A stretch of DNA of 64,000 bases, taken from IMG/VR virus record IMGVR_UViG_3300021520_000002, positions 186,001-250,000 of that record; one strand, given 5' to 3'. The notes below the pieces were generated by a model. That model made no database searches. It had not been told where the DNA came from and worked only from the letters and a program-made list of their open reading frames with translations. Position numbers and translations under genes: made by a program. How positions within the stretch are numbered: position 1 is the stretch's first letter; each line of letters starts with the position of its first letter. This document shows positions 19,724 to 30,654 of the stretch, piece by piece.

Positions 19724-20498
19724 TTATAATCAAAATAATCTTGATAACAAAATGGACTAGCAACTAGTTGAGGTGTTCCTTTTCTTTGTACATATTGTAA
19801 CCATAATTTAACTTTTCTTCCATTTCTTTCAAATATTGTAATAGGATACCAAGCAAACCACTTATGCCAGTGAGTATAATATTCTTTTTTTGATTTATGA
19901 GTTTTTCCAGCTTTCCATATCATTTAATTTCTCCATTATCATCACACATTAATGTAACTGATAGTTCCTTTAAAATTTTCCATTTTTGTCCATATGTATC
20001 ACCATTTTTAATCTTTTTAAAAGCTTCTTCTGCTGTTTCAACAGCTTCTAAACGCCATCCTTCTGATCCATAATCAATAGCTAAATATATTTGATTTTTC
20101 ATATTTTATCCAAATTACTATTTTTAATTGATTCAAGAATTTTTTTATGGGTCATTATAACAAAACTTTTATCTCGAAGTGAGATACCCACCCTTTTAAA
20201 ATGTTTTTTAATATCTTCTTTATTTGACATAGTTGGAGATTGTTTACATCTAATAATACAACACCCACCATTAGTAATAAAATCACCTATTTCCATTTGA
20301 TCATAAACTTTATTAAATGTTCCACATATTACTTTGTTCATTTGTCCTCCAATTTAATCCACGCATCATGTAGTTTTTCAATAAGCCATTTCATATCTTT
20401 TATAATCTCATTTTCTTTTTCTTTTGGAATATGATTTAATTGATATGATATTTTTTCTAACTTTTCAACATCCTCAAAAGGTATTTTCATTTTTTCTC

Positions 20499-20630
20499 CT
20501 ATTCTTCCCAACAACCTTCACAATCACAACCTTCTATATTACAACCTTGCCAACCATGATCATCAGGATCATGATCACAACTACATCCAAAAAAACCTAT
20601 CTGTTCATCTTCATATTCTTCTTCATACAT
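20499..20630 (-). CDS. 43-aa acidic Cys/His-rich metal-binding microprotein
   Basis: Not in ORF track: MYEEEYEDEQIGFFGCSCDHDPDDHGWQGCNIEGCDCEGCWEE; SD AAGGAG; first gene after promoter motif 20687. Confidence 0.7.
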   Translation of the reverse strand: MYEEEYEDEQIGFFGCSCDHDPDDHGWQGCNIEGCDCEGCWEE

Positions 20631-20892
20631 TTTTAACTCCTTCAAAATAAGAAATAGAGAAGGAAATATTTATCCTTCTCTATATTATTTCTATATGAAA
20701 CTAATTAATCTACAATTTCAGAAGCTCTCTTTCGAGCATCTTTAATTACATCATAATGTTCATAAATTATATCAAATGTTTTAAACATATCATCAATTGT
20801 AATATTTTTTACTTTCTCTCCCTCAATCCTTTCCTCTTTATCAATATCCATTAATACTTTATGTCTAGCTTCATTCATAGGACAAGAATCTC

Positions 20893-21351
20893 TCATGATT
20901 TTATCCTCTCATTATATACTACTTGTGATAATAGTTTTAAATCTTTATAAGCTAATTCAAATTCATCACAAATAATTTTAGATCTAATTTTATTATCGGC
21001 AACTTCTTCTTCAGTAAATGTATGATCATCTTTAAATTTTTCTGGAAATTTTTGTTCTAATAGAAAATATGGAAAATGTATCCAATCATTTTTAATTTTT
21101 CTAAAACACCATTGTTGAATTGGATCACAAACAAATACATGAAATAAATCTGCAGTTGTACCATAATAATCATATAAATTAGTTACTTCTCCATCTATTT
21201 TGATTTTGATTTTTGGAAGAGGAATTGGTGGTATAAAATGACAAATCCAGGATATACAAGATTCGATTATAAATATATACCAAGGTGCCTCTTCTAATAT
21301 AACACTGCCGGTAAACCAAAAATTATTAATTCCTATTCCCCATCTAGTCAT
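20893..21351 (-). CDS. Hypothetical protein
   Basis: ORF. Confidence 0.6.
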   Translation of the reverse strand: MTRWGIGINNFWFTGSVILEEAPWYIFIIESCISWICHFIPPIPLPKIKIKIDGEVTNLYDYYGTTADLFHVFVCDPIQQWCFRKIKNDWIHFPYFLLEQKFPEKFKDDHTFTEEEVADNKIRSKIICDEFELAYKDLKLLSQVVYNERIKS

Positions 21352-21354
21352 AAT

Positions 21355-21816
21355 TTACTCCTCATTCTTTTCTAATTCTTCAAAATGTTTTAACATCTTT
21401 TCTTCACTAGGATTAAATCCTCTTGCACAATCTTCTAAACATTCTAATCCGTAAGTTAATTTGTATATTTCTATAAGATATTTTTTAATTTCTAAAAAAC
21501 CATATTCTTTAGCGATTTCAATTGGTAATAATAAATAATCTGAGTACCAATTTTCTTCTGATTTAAATTCTCCAACTACTCTTTTTACATCTTCTAGTGT
21601 GCCACCAGTAATAATAGCACAAATTGAATTTGTGATATAATCATTTTTTATTTGATTTACATAGTTTATTCCTATTATAGGTGTTATGAATATATCTGCA
21701 TTCATCTTTTTTTCTTTAATATCTTGTTCTGAATTATTTCTTTCATCACAGATAACGATAAAATTATTATCATCTATTTGTTCAATTTCTTTTTCTGATA
21801 AATTATTAATATTCAT
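21355..21816 (-). CDS. Hypothetical protein
   Basis: ORF. Confidence 0.6.
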   Translation of the reverse strand: MNINNLSEKEIEQIDDNNFIVICDERNNSEQDIKEKKMNADIFITPIIGINYVNQIKNDYITNSICAIITGGTLEDVKRVVGEFKSEENWYSDYLLLPIEIAKEYGFLEIKKYLIEIYKLTYGLECLEDCARGFNPSEEKMLKHFEELEKNEE

Positions 21817-21988
21817 AGATTTTTATCCACAATTTTAAACCATTTTTCTTTTATTTCTTCTTGAATATCTTCATCAATATTTTCCCATTCATTTCCTAGA
21901 CCTTTACGATCACAAATATCTTCAATAATATCATTTACTATATTTTTTATTGTTTCTTCAGTTACCATTTATTCCTCCTTTGTAAAAA

Positions 21989-22062
21989 TGGGAATGGATG
22001 GAATTGAACCAACAGTCTCTGGATTATCGATCCAGTGCTTCAGCCATTTAAGCTACATTCCC
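21989..22062 (-). tRNA. tRNA-Ile(GAT), no encoded CCA, atypical C33
   Basis: Acceptor GGGAATG/CATTCCC-A; anticodon arm CTGGA-TCGATAA-TCCAG; TTCAA T-loop. Confidence 0.8.
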
Positions 22063-22071
22063 AATGTTTAA

Positions 22072-23382
22072 TTACTCCTGTAAATCGAAAGGGAAACCTA
22101 TTAAGGATATAAACTTCTCAACTAATTTTTCTAGTTCAGCTTCATGTCTTCCATTGTTCCACCATTGATTAAATGCGAAACAATATTGAAAGTTGATGAG
22201 ATTCTTTTTAGTTCTATTACCAAATATTAAAGGAAATTTAATTTCTAACTTTTTTAATATCGGCATGATCTTATTTTTGAAACTATTAAAATTATTAGTT
22301 TCAATAAACATATCTAATATATTATTTTTTTCAATTTCTTCATCAATAATTTTATCTATTGTTGTTTGTGTAATAACATTTAATAAACTCGCCATTCTAG
22401 TTTCTTCTACGTTCTTACCATTCTTAACATGATTTAAATCTCTAATAACTGTTTCTAAAACTTTTTCATCCTCAATAACTATATGCATAAAATCAATTAC
22501 ATTGTGAGCATAATCACAAATATATCCATTATCTATAGGAATAAACATAATTTGTTCTTTTAATTTATACAAACCACTAAGTGAATAATTTACAGTATCA
22601 TAAGTAATTTGAGCTTTACACATTCTATCTTTTAAATAAATTCTATTAAACAGTTTATGCATAAAGGACATAATTATACGATCATGAAGACCATATACAC
22701 CTAAGATGTGTATAATACTTTTATAATCTAAATTTTTATCATAGATTGTTTTAAGAATTTTATAAGCCATAGCTATGAAAGGACTGAATTTAATTCCTGT
22801 TATTCCTCTAAGAGAAACAAGTCCACCCACAGCAAAGTTCTTTAAATTCATATTATCGGCAAGATTTTCTTCATAAACTCTTTTCCAAATATTATATTGT
22901 TTTAAGAGTTTAAACTGCCAAACGAAAATGAATTTATTCCACAGTTCAGGATTTTTATTTAAAACTTTTACTGATTCTGAAATTGATCTTGAATTTGATT
23001 CATAGATTGTTTTAATGTTATTGTTTTCTGGATACTTTAGAAATATTGGTATATCTAAACTAAAGATATAATCACAATTATCTGGAGCATCTTTTTCTAA
23101 AAACATATTATAACATTCTGTAAATTTTGCAACATCTCTTGGAGATACATCTCCTGCTATAATTGAATATCCACCACTATCTACAAAGAATTTACGACCA
23201 CCATCCAGAACTTGCCGATATAATTTAATTTCTTCGGTAACTCTATGAAGAGTATCAAATCCAAAATTACCCTGTCTCAATCCTTTAATTAAACTGAATA
23301 AATAATTGTTTACATGTTGATCAATTAATTTCAATTGATTTGGTTCTATTATATCTCCTGTTGTGTGTATGTATTCAAACAT
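22072..23382 (-). CDS. TGT-fold guanine transglycosylase-like protein (DpdA-like candidate)
   Basis: FFVDSGGYS, SLDIP, AVGGLV, IHILG, TYDT motifs; QueE and FolE2 in the same window. Confidence 0.65.
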   Translation of the reverse strand: MFEYIHTTGDIIEPNQLKLIDQHVNNYLFSLIKGLRQGNFGFDTLHRVTEEIKLYRQVLDGGRKFFVDSGGYSIIAGDVSPRDVAKFTECYNMFLEKDAPDNCDYIFSLDIPIFLKYPENNNIKTIYESNSRSISESVKVLNKNPELWNKFIFVWQFKLLKQYNIWKRVYEENLADNMNLKNFAVGGLVSLRGITGIKFSPFIAMAYKILKTIYDKNLDYKSIIHILGVYGLHDRIIMSFMHKLFNRIYLKDRMCKAQITYDTVNYSLSGLYKLKEQIMFIPIDNGYICDYAHNVIDFMHIVIEDEKVLETVIRDLNHVKNGKNVEETRMASLLNVITQTTIDKIIDEEIEKNNILDMFIETNNFNSFKNKIMPILKKLEIKFPLIFGNRTKKNLINFQYCFAFNQWWNNGRHEAELEKLVEKFISLIGFPFDLQE

Positions 23383-23384
23383 TT

Positions 23385-23630
23385 TTAACTCTCCACTATT
23401 TTCTTTTTCAGAATTTTAAAACTCACATAATCTGGAACAATTAAATTATTTGCTGCTCCCGATAATACATTTCTAATTGCTCTTTGAATCAATTCAATAT
23501 TTTGGGGTGTCATTTCTGTCATCTCTCTATGAATTTGACAAATTAATGCATCTCCTTCTTCAATCAATATATTATCTTCTGAAATTATATCACCAAAAAT
23601 ATCAGTTAGTTGTAGTAGAATTGTTTTCAT
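23385..23630 (-). CDS. Hypothetical protein, paralog of 24908-25129
   Basis: LLQ..D....EGD.L.C...LIVPD...KILK shared. Confidence 0.65.
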   Translation of the reverse strand: MKTILLQLTDIFGDIISEDNILIEEGDALICQIHREMTEMTPQNIELIQRAIRNVLSGAANNLIVPDYVSFKILKKKIVES

Positions 23631-24216
23631 TTTTTACTCCTTCTTAGTTACTATAACATTCTTGTGCTGCAATAAAATTTGTATCTTCATTTGTTTTTTT
23701 AACATGGATATGATGACAATCATCATTTTTTTCAAGTGACCACATTTGATCAATCCAAATCACCATTTTATCTTTATCTTCTTCTATAGCATCTATATCA
23801 TGAAATAATATATATGGATTATTATGATTTATTTTTACATAATCTTTTGTTTCTACATAAATTCCAAATCCAAAATCTTCTGCAATTTTATAATCAACTT
23901 TATTATTATCCATAGGTTTTCCTATTAACACTCTAATTAAACTCTTATCTGCTGCGACTATAAAAATTGGATATAAAAGTGGTTCATCTTTTTCATAAAT
24001 TACTTGATCATTAAATAGAAAAGTATACATTTTATTTATCCTTCTCTAAAATATTGCAAATTGGACATTTATGTAAACTATTTTCTAGAATTTCACCACA
24101 ACAAATACAACTATATAAAGCTACTGGAATTTTATTTTGCAACATATTATTTCTAAAATATTGTTGTATGTCTTTTTCTGTTTTTAAATTATTTAATTTT
24201 TTCCATTCTTCTATTT

Positions 24217-24906
24217 TCATTTTCTCTTCTCCAAAATATTAGTTGCTTCAAAATCAGAAGTTATTAATAATGTTACAAGCATACATTGTTTAACTGCATC
24301 ATCAAAACTTTTACCATATCCTGGATCATAATTTCCCATATGCCACCTTATTGCAAGAGCACATGAATTAGTAATTTCAATAAATTTTGATATTATATAT
24401 AAAGATTTTTCACCATGACCAAGAGGAAAATTATCTTCAATTTTATAATCAACTCGATTTAGATCTGGTTTAACTTTAGTTTCACCTTTATAAAATTTAA
24501 TTAAATCGCTTGTCAAACTTTTTGATAATAATTTTTTATTTATCATATCATCATATATTTTCCAGTCAGCTTTACTTATATCTCTTAAGTATGGAAGTTG
24601 TGCTGGAGTTATCGGTTCAACATCAATTTTATAAATATCAATTTTACAAAAATCGTGAGCTAATGCTGTTACTATTATTGTTTCTTCTGAATAGTCTGGT
24701 TTATATTGTTCACATTTTGTTTTTAAACAATTATAAACATTTAAGCTGTGTTCAGCAAGACCTCCAGGATAATTTAAATGATTTTTCTTACTTGCTGGAG
24801 CTATAAAGAAATCTGTTGTTTCTAACCATCGAATCATATCTTCGACACCTTGCCGATCAACCTTTTTCCATAATTTAATTATTTGTTGTTTTATTAAATC
24901 ATTCAT
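24217..24906 (-). CDS. HD-domain hydrolase
   Basis: APAS..H...GGLAEHS, AHDFCK, GHGEKS, AIRWHMG. Confidence 0.88.
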   Translation of the reverse strand: MNDLIKQQIIKLWKKVDRQGVEDMIRWLETTDFFIAPASKKNHLNYPGGLAEHSLNVYNCLKTKCEQYKPDYSEETIIVTALAHDFCKIDIYKIDVEPITPAQLPYLRDISKADWKIYDDMINKKLLSKSLTSDLIKFYKGETKVKPDLNRVDYKIEDNFPLGHGEKSLYIISKFIEITNSCALAIRWHMGNYDPGYGKSFDDAVKQCMLVTLLITSDFEATNILEKRK

Positions 24907-24907
24907 T

Positions 24908-25129
24908 TTACGCCTCTCTTTTGAGAATTTTAAGATCTATAAAATCTGGAAGAATAAGTTTTTTAGAATTTGAATCAGATAGTGTTTTACTTATATATCC
25001 AGCTATATTATTAAAGATTTTCATATTTACTGTTTTAGTTAATTTACAAACTAATATGTCTCCCTGAGCTAATTTAATATTATTTTCTAATACTATTTCA
25101 TGATTTATATCTTCTATTTGTAATAGCAT
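24908..25129 (-). CDS. Hypothetical protein, paralog of 23385-23630
   Basis: Shared pattern as above. Confidence 0.65.
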   Translation of the reverse strand: MLLQIEDINHEIVLENNIKLAQGDILVCKLTKTVNMKIFNNIAGYISKTLSDSNSKKLILPDFIDLKILKREA

Positions 25130-25781
25130 TTATTGCGCCTCTTTTTTTATAATTTTTAATTTATTATCAATCATTATAAATTTATATTGATTATATTTTT
25201 CAACAAATTTATATATTTTTTCAATAGTTTTATTTCTTTTTGGTTTTCCAAAATATTTCATAAACTCTTTTTCAGTTGTTATTAACATTTTTATAATCCT
25301 TTCTTAAATTAAGAATTCTATTAAATCTAACATTTCAACTTTAAGTGGTTCATCATTATCAAGAATCTGAATTTTAAGTTTACCTTTACAGCCGAGATCA
25401 TTATATAATTTTTCAGCTTTATCGGCAATTTCTTTATATTCTGGTTTGATACCAGTATATTGTTTAATTCTAACTCGAGCCGCATATATAAGTGAACATT
25501 CATATTTACCAGTATTTGGATTTATGATTGGAAATTTCAATCTTTCGGGTATTAAAAATGCTTTCTCTCCAAAGTTATTAAATAGAGCTTGTCTATCTTT
25601 TTTGCTTGAAATTTTTACTTTAACTTTATTTGGTATTATATTTTTTAACACTTCAGAAATTAATTTATCTCTTTTTTCATCATCTATTATTTGATCTGAT
25701 TCTACCATTATCATATTTTTCTCCAAAATTAGAAAAGATAGCTCATATTATTAGTATGAGCTATCTTCGTTTTTATTTTTA

Positions 25782-26465
25782 TTAAAATGGTGGTATTTCG
25801 TCAGCAAATCCATTTTCAAAAGCACCAGCAAAGTTGTTAACAACATTACTTGGTGTATTACCGGTTGGTGGAGTTCCAGGAGGATTTCCTGGAGGAGTTC
25901 CAAATGCTGTGTTAGTTGTTGTTCCATATGCAGCACCTTGTACTCTTTCCATTTCCAAGTCCATAGCTTTATCTGCCATTTTATTACAGATTCTAGCAAG
26001 AGCAACAGCTATATGTGGATTCATTCCAAATCCAAGAGGTTGATTTGATCCAGTTTTAAAATACATAACTACATTTACATTTCCTTTCTGATCAGCAGCT
26101 CTTTGAACTCCTAATGATTTTCCACCAGCTCCTGCTCCACCAAAAGCTGATTTACTAGCATCAGAATATGCTGAATATTTTCCAATATTTGCTTCAGCAT
26201 TATTTGCACTTGATATAAGTCCACTTGCTAATCCATAAATCTGATGAATTTCTTGTTTCATAGTAATTTTATTCTGAAAATTAAATGTTCTACCACCTTC
26301 AGCAGTTTGTGCTCCAGGAGCTAGAGTTATAAAGAAGAAATGTTGTTTCTTATAAGAATCGTCTGCAGTTGCTTGTTTTACCAATGAAATCTGTAAAAGA
26401 TGATTTCCAGGTAAACTATATGAAAATATTGAAGTTAAATTTGATTGTCCTTGCTGTTGAGCCAT
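25782..26465 (-). CDS. Probable single-stranded DNA-binding protein
   Basis: G/P/N-rich linker and acidic-aromatic tail ADEIPPF. Confidence 0.55.
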   Translation of the reverse strand: MAQQQGQSNLTSIFSYSLPGNHLLQISLVKQATADDSYKKQHFFFITLAPGAQTAEGGRTFNFQNKITMKQEIHQIYGLASGLISSANNAEANIGKYSAYSDASKSAFGGAGAGGKSLGVQRAADQKGNVNVVMYFKTGSNQPLGFGMNPHIAVALARICNKMADKAMDLEMERVQGAAYGTTTNTAFGTPPGNPPGTPPTGNTPSNVVNNFAGAFENGFADEIPPF

Positions 26466-26484
26466 TATATCTCCTTATTTTTTA

Positions 26485-27195
26485 TTAACTAACTTCTATT
26501 AAAATATCTGGTGGAATAGTTTCTAGAATTTGAATTATTGCTTCTCTTTCAGTTTGTCCTTCTGTTTTTAATTCTGCAAAATTTAAATTTAGTGGACCAA
26601 AAGGTGTTGATAAATTTTCAAATTTTGATCTCATTGATGAAACCCATAATTTTGTAAAAGCTAAACATAAAGGTTTAAAACATCTCTGATACAAATCAGG
26701 TCTAATAGTATTTAAAACTGTATGTGGAACTTGATACAAAACAACACTTGCCATAGTTTCTAAATCGAATAGAATAGTATCTGGTGGAACGAATTCCCAT
26801 GTATTTCTTGTTTGCATGGAACGAACAGCATCAATATATGAATTTGCAATAACTAAATCCATAGCTGCTTGAGCATTAATTAATGCTCCACCATACATAT
26901 CAACAATAGATATATCTTTTGTTGGATATGCCGCTAAAACATCTACTATATAAGTTCCTGGTTCAACTGGAATTCTATACCGATATATCGGCGATCCAGC
27001 TGGACCAGAAACTCTATTAGCATCTGTAAGATAAGCATATTTTGTGAATGGTGCATATTGTGAAAATAGAGTTAATACTTGATTTCTTAAATATCCTATT
27101 AACTCATCATCTGGTATTTCTAAAAGATTTACTGGTACACCTAATAATAATTTTGAATATTCTAATACATCATTCCAATTCTGACCTTGATTCAT
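26485..27195 (-). CDS. Probable virion neck/head-completion protein
   Basis: LLGVPVNLLEIPDDEL...RSKFENLSTPFG.LNLN resembles myovirus neck proteins. Confidence 0.5.
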   Translation of the reverse strand: MNQGQNWNDVLEYSKLLLGVPVNLLEIPDDELIGYLRNQVLTLFSQYAPFTKYAYLTDANRVSGPAGSPIYRYRIPVEPGTYIVDVLAAYPTKDISIVDMYGGALINAQAAMDLVIANSYIDAVRSMQTRNTWEFVPPDTILFDLETMASVVLYQVPHTVLNTIRPDLYQRCFKPLCLAFTKLWVSSMRSKFENLSTPFGPLNLNFAELKTEGQTEREAIIQILETIPPDILIEVS

Positions 27196-27215
27196 AATAA
27201 TTACCTCTCATAAAA

Positions 27216-27611
27216 TTATTCTTTCATAATATTTTCAAATATTTCGTTTGAAATATCGGCTAAAGCTCCTGTTTTTATAGTTGATGAAGATCTTACTAAA
27301 TCAGGATTTGTTAAATTTTTTACTAAAATTGTTTTACACTGACTAAAAAATACATTATTATGTTCTCTTATTGCATTTGGAGTTACTTTGTCATCTCTTT
27401 TTACAAGAATCAATTGAATATCATAATCAAAACCTTCAACCATTCTCTGTAGTGGTTTCATTCCAAAATCTTTGCCGTTCATAAAACCTTCGAATTGTGG
27501 TTCACTTTGAACCCCCAATGTTAAAGCACAAATGTTTCTTTTCTTAAAAGTATCATTGATTAATTGTTTGAAAAACTGCCTAAAATTTTCGTTAATTTCC
27601 TCAATCTTCAT
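27216..27611 (-). CDS. Hypothetical protein, possible HTH
   Basis: ORF. Confidence 0.55.
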   Translation of the reverse strand: MKIEEINENFRQFFKQLINDTFKKRNICALTLGVQSEPQFEGFMNGKDFGMKPLQRMVEGFDYDIQLILVKRDDKVTPNAIREHNNVFFSQCKTILVKNLTNPDLVRSSSTIKTGALADISNEIFENIMKE

Positions 27612-27968
27612 TTATTCTCCTTTTATTTTATTATTCACCACTGAAGAATTCATCAAAAACAATCCATTCAGTACCTTCCTTATTACCAATCGATATAATA
27701 TATCTATTATAATATCCAATTTGTATATTCTTATTAATAATTTTATCAAGACTTTTTGCTTTAGTTAAACTAAATAATAAAATTAAAAATTTTGATAATC
27801 TAGTTTCAGTTTGTGTAAAATCTAAGAATATATTACCTTCATTTTCATTTTTAAATTGCACTTTAATTGATATAATAATAGATGTTTTTATTTTAGATTT
27901 ATTTATACCTAATGTAATTGCTTTTATTTTTGCTTTTCTTTTACTTATTTCATCCATTAATTCTCCAT

Positions 27969-28928
27969 TTAAAAATATGCATGTTTTGGTATTCTTTTTA
28001 TTTGTTCTTCAAAAGATATCATTTTAAAATTTCTTTCGAGTTTTTTAAAATTATCTTTAATAACATCCGGCATATTATTCAATTCTATTCTTAATGCATC
28101 AAGAGTATATGGAATAGAATAATCAACAATTAAATCAAATGCATGTTTTGGTCCTATTCCTTTTTTAATTCCTGTAATTTCATCTGCTTTATCTCCTGCT
28201 ATTGCAAGAATCATGGGAATATATTTTGCCGATAATATACCTCTTTTTAAAGTCTTATGTATATATTCTATTGCATTATCTCTATCGTAATTATTAAACT
28301 GAATTTGGAATCTTCCTTCTTGAGTAGGAACAAAAGAAGTTATACATTGAATAGTATTTACAAATTCACAACACTGTAATAGATCTTTATCTACTGAAAT
28401 GATAATGTTTAAAATATCACTATCAAAACTATCATAGAAATTATTAACAATACAATAGTAAGGTATAAAATCTGCTTCATACTCTTTAAGATAATATACT
28501 TTTGAAAGATCTTTTTTATTAAATTTTTCTTCAATTTCTTTAAAATAATGTTTCTTTATTTGTTTAAATAATTCAACATTATCTTGATCAACAATAAGAT
28601 CAATTTTTGAACCTTGTTTATAAGTGCTATCAATTGCTGTTTGTTGACGACAAACCCCATCATCATAGAATAGAATAAAAAATGGATCATATATCTTAAA
28701 TTGTAAATACAAAGTATTTAAAAACTCTCGAAGTTCTTCTATTAAAATTCCACTTATTTTTCCTTCAGTTGCATATCTGCCGATTTCAACTAAAACTACT
28801 TGTTTATTATAGAATCCCTTCGCAATACTTTGTAAATCAATAAAGAAATTGATTCTTTTCTTTTTAAAACTATGTAGAATTTGATGAATCATTTGATATT
28901 TTAAAGCGTATTTAATATAATATTTCAC
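27969..28928 (-). CDS. 5'-3' exonuclease / flap endonuclease (T4 RNase H-like)
   Basis: YEADF, SVDKDLLQ, AGDKADEITGIKKGIGPK. Confidence 0.85.
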   Translation of the reverse strand: MKYYIKYALKYQMIHQILHSFKKKRINFFIDLQSIAKGFYNKQVVLVEIGRYATEGKISGILIEELREFLNTLYLQFKIYDPFFILFYDDGVCRQQTAIDSTYKQGSKIDLIVDQDNVELFKQIKKHYFKEIEEKFNKKDLSKVYYLKEYEADFIPYYCIVNNFYDSFDSDILNIIISVDKDLLQCCEFVNTIQCITSFVPTQEGRFQIQFNNYDRDNAIEYIHKTLKRGILSAKYIPMILAIAGDKADEITGIKKGIGPKHAFDLIVDYSIPYTLDALRIELNNMPDVIKDNFKKLERNFKMISFEEQIKRIPKHAYF

Positions 28929-29044
28929 ACCATTTTCTCCATTCTTTTATTTATCTAAAGAGTAACATTTCTATATAAAAATAGAAAATTATCCTTCTAC
29001 TTTATATTATTTCTATATAAACTATTTGAATATAAAAATGGAGC

Positions 29045-30424
29045 TTATTCCCAACCTTCTGTTATATTTCCTAATCCTGATGATTCTTCACTTGTAACTG
29101 ATGGTTTAGTATCATCATCCATTAACTTTATCATAGTATATTTCATCATATGATAACAATATGTCGCTTTTTCTTTTTCTTGAGTTCTATGAAAAATATT
29201 AATAATACTTATAGGTGTATATAAAAATGCTTCTCGATTATCTGATTCCATATCATAGATTTTACCAAATTGCATCCAGTCTGGTAAGCAATTGTCAGTT
29301 TGATAAAAACAGAAATATTCAAATCTATAAAACATTAATTCTTGTGCTACTAGAATTCTTTTTGCAGCATTTGTAGCATTATCTGGAGTATGTATAACTT
29401 TTGCTCTAACAGATTTATTTTTTTGTTTGTTTTGTACAGTTTGATATTTTGGAACTTTATCTTTTCTACCATAAATTTGTGCAAGTTCAGTAGTGCTTAA
29501 TGAAGTTTGTGGAGTTGTTGCATTATTACTTTGATCAGATACAAATGATATATCTTTATTTATAAAAGTAGATGTTGAATTTGGAACATCTAAAGATCTA
29601 AATTGGTCTGTAAATTCTATTTTTCCAAATCTTCTAGTTAAAAAAGCATAATCTGGATATTCACCCATTGACATTGGTTTAAAATGATTTTTAATATTAT
29701 AGAAATTTAAGAAATGGGCAGTAATAGCTTCACTAGAATCTGGTGTTAAATAAAAGTCATCAAAAAAATAAGCATTATATGAATCAAATGGTTTAAATGT
29801 ATTGATTATATATTTTGGTACATTAAGAGTATCAATTGTTGGAGGAACAAATATTTGTTCATATGAAAAATTATTCAATTTTTCAGAGGTACCAACATGA
29901 TTAAATTTAAATTGTCCATAAGTATCTTTAAGATAACTTTCATATTGTTTAATTGCTTTATAAGCAGTTACGTCTTCCATAATTTTATTAAATCCAGTAG
30001 CTGTACTTAATGAATAAAGAATAGGATTAGCTAAAACAATTTTCACAACAGTTTCTGGTTTAAGAAATTGAAAGTATTCTCTTTCTAAAGGAAGAATAGA
30101 TAACATAACAAGTTGTTTACTATAAATAACATTTATTTTATTGTTATTGTTTTCATCAATTGTATATATCTCCATTTTCCAAACATTATACATATTTTGA
30201 GATATATTTTCCATTTGTTCTCTTACAATTAAATATGGAAGATTTATTTGTATAACACAAAAAGATGCTTGTTTTATTATTGGTGCTCTTACGAATGCTA
30301 CATAATGAACATCTGAATATACATAATCATTTGATGGATTTATTAGATTTATTTCATATTTAAATTTAGTACCTTTTGTTGTTGATGCCATAATATACCT
30401 CTTTAAATAAAAATTTATCGGCAA
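29045..30424 (-). CDS. Large hypothetical protein, possibly virion/baseplate
   Basis: 459-aa ORF, no recognised motif. Confidence 0.6.
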   Translation of the reverse strand: MPINFYLKRYIMASTTKGTKFKYEINLINPSNDYVYSDVHYVAFVRAPIIKQASFCVIQINLPYLIVREQMENISQNMYNVWKMEIYTIDENNNNKINVIYSKQLVMLSILPLEREYFQFLKPETVVKIVLANPILYSLSTATGFNKIMEDVTAYKAIKQYESYLKDTYGQFKFNHVGTSEKLNNFSYEQIFVPPTIDTLNVPKYIINTFKPFDSYNAYFFDDFYLTPDSSEAITAHFLNFYNIKNHFKPMSMGEYPDYAFLTRRFGKIEFTDQFRSLDVPNSTSTFINKDISFVSDQSNNATTPQTSLSTTELAQIYGRKDKVPKYQTVQNKQKNKSVRAKVIHTPDNATNAAKRILVAQELMFYRFEYFCFYQTDNCLPDWMQFGKIYDMESDNREAFLYTPISIINIFHRTQEKEKATYCYHMMKYTMIKLMDDDTKPSVTSEESSGLGNITEGWE

Positions 30425-30654
30425 GATTCTATTTCTAGATCTTGCCGATATTTATTAATTTTTCATATCTGATAATAATTTTTCAGCTTCTTTTTCGTTC
30501 ACTTTTACAAGTTGTAATTTATATCCTGCTTGAAGAACATATTTTTCAATATCATCAAAAAGATATTTATTATTACTATCTTCAACTGTTTCTGTCCAAA
30601 AATCATCTCCAAACTTTTCTATAGCTTTATAAACTATATTTCTTTCTTTTTTTG

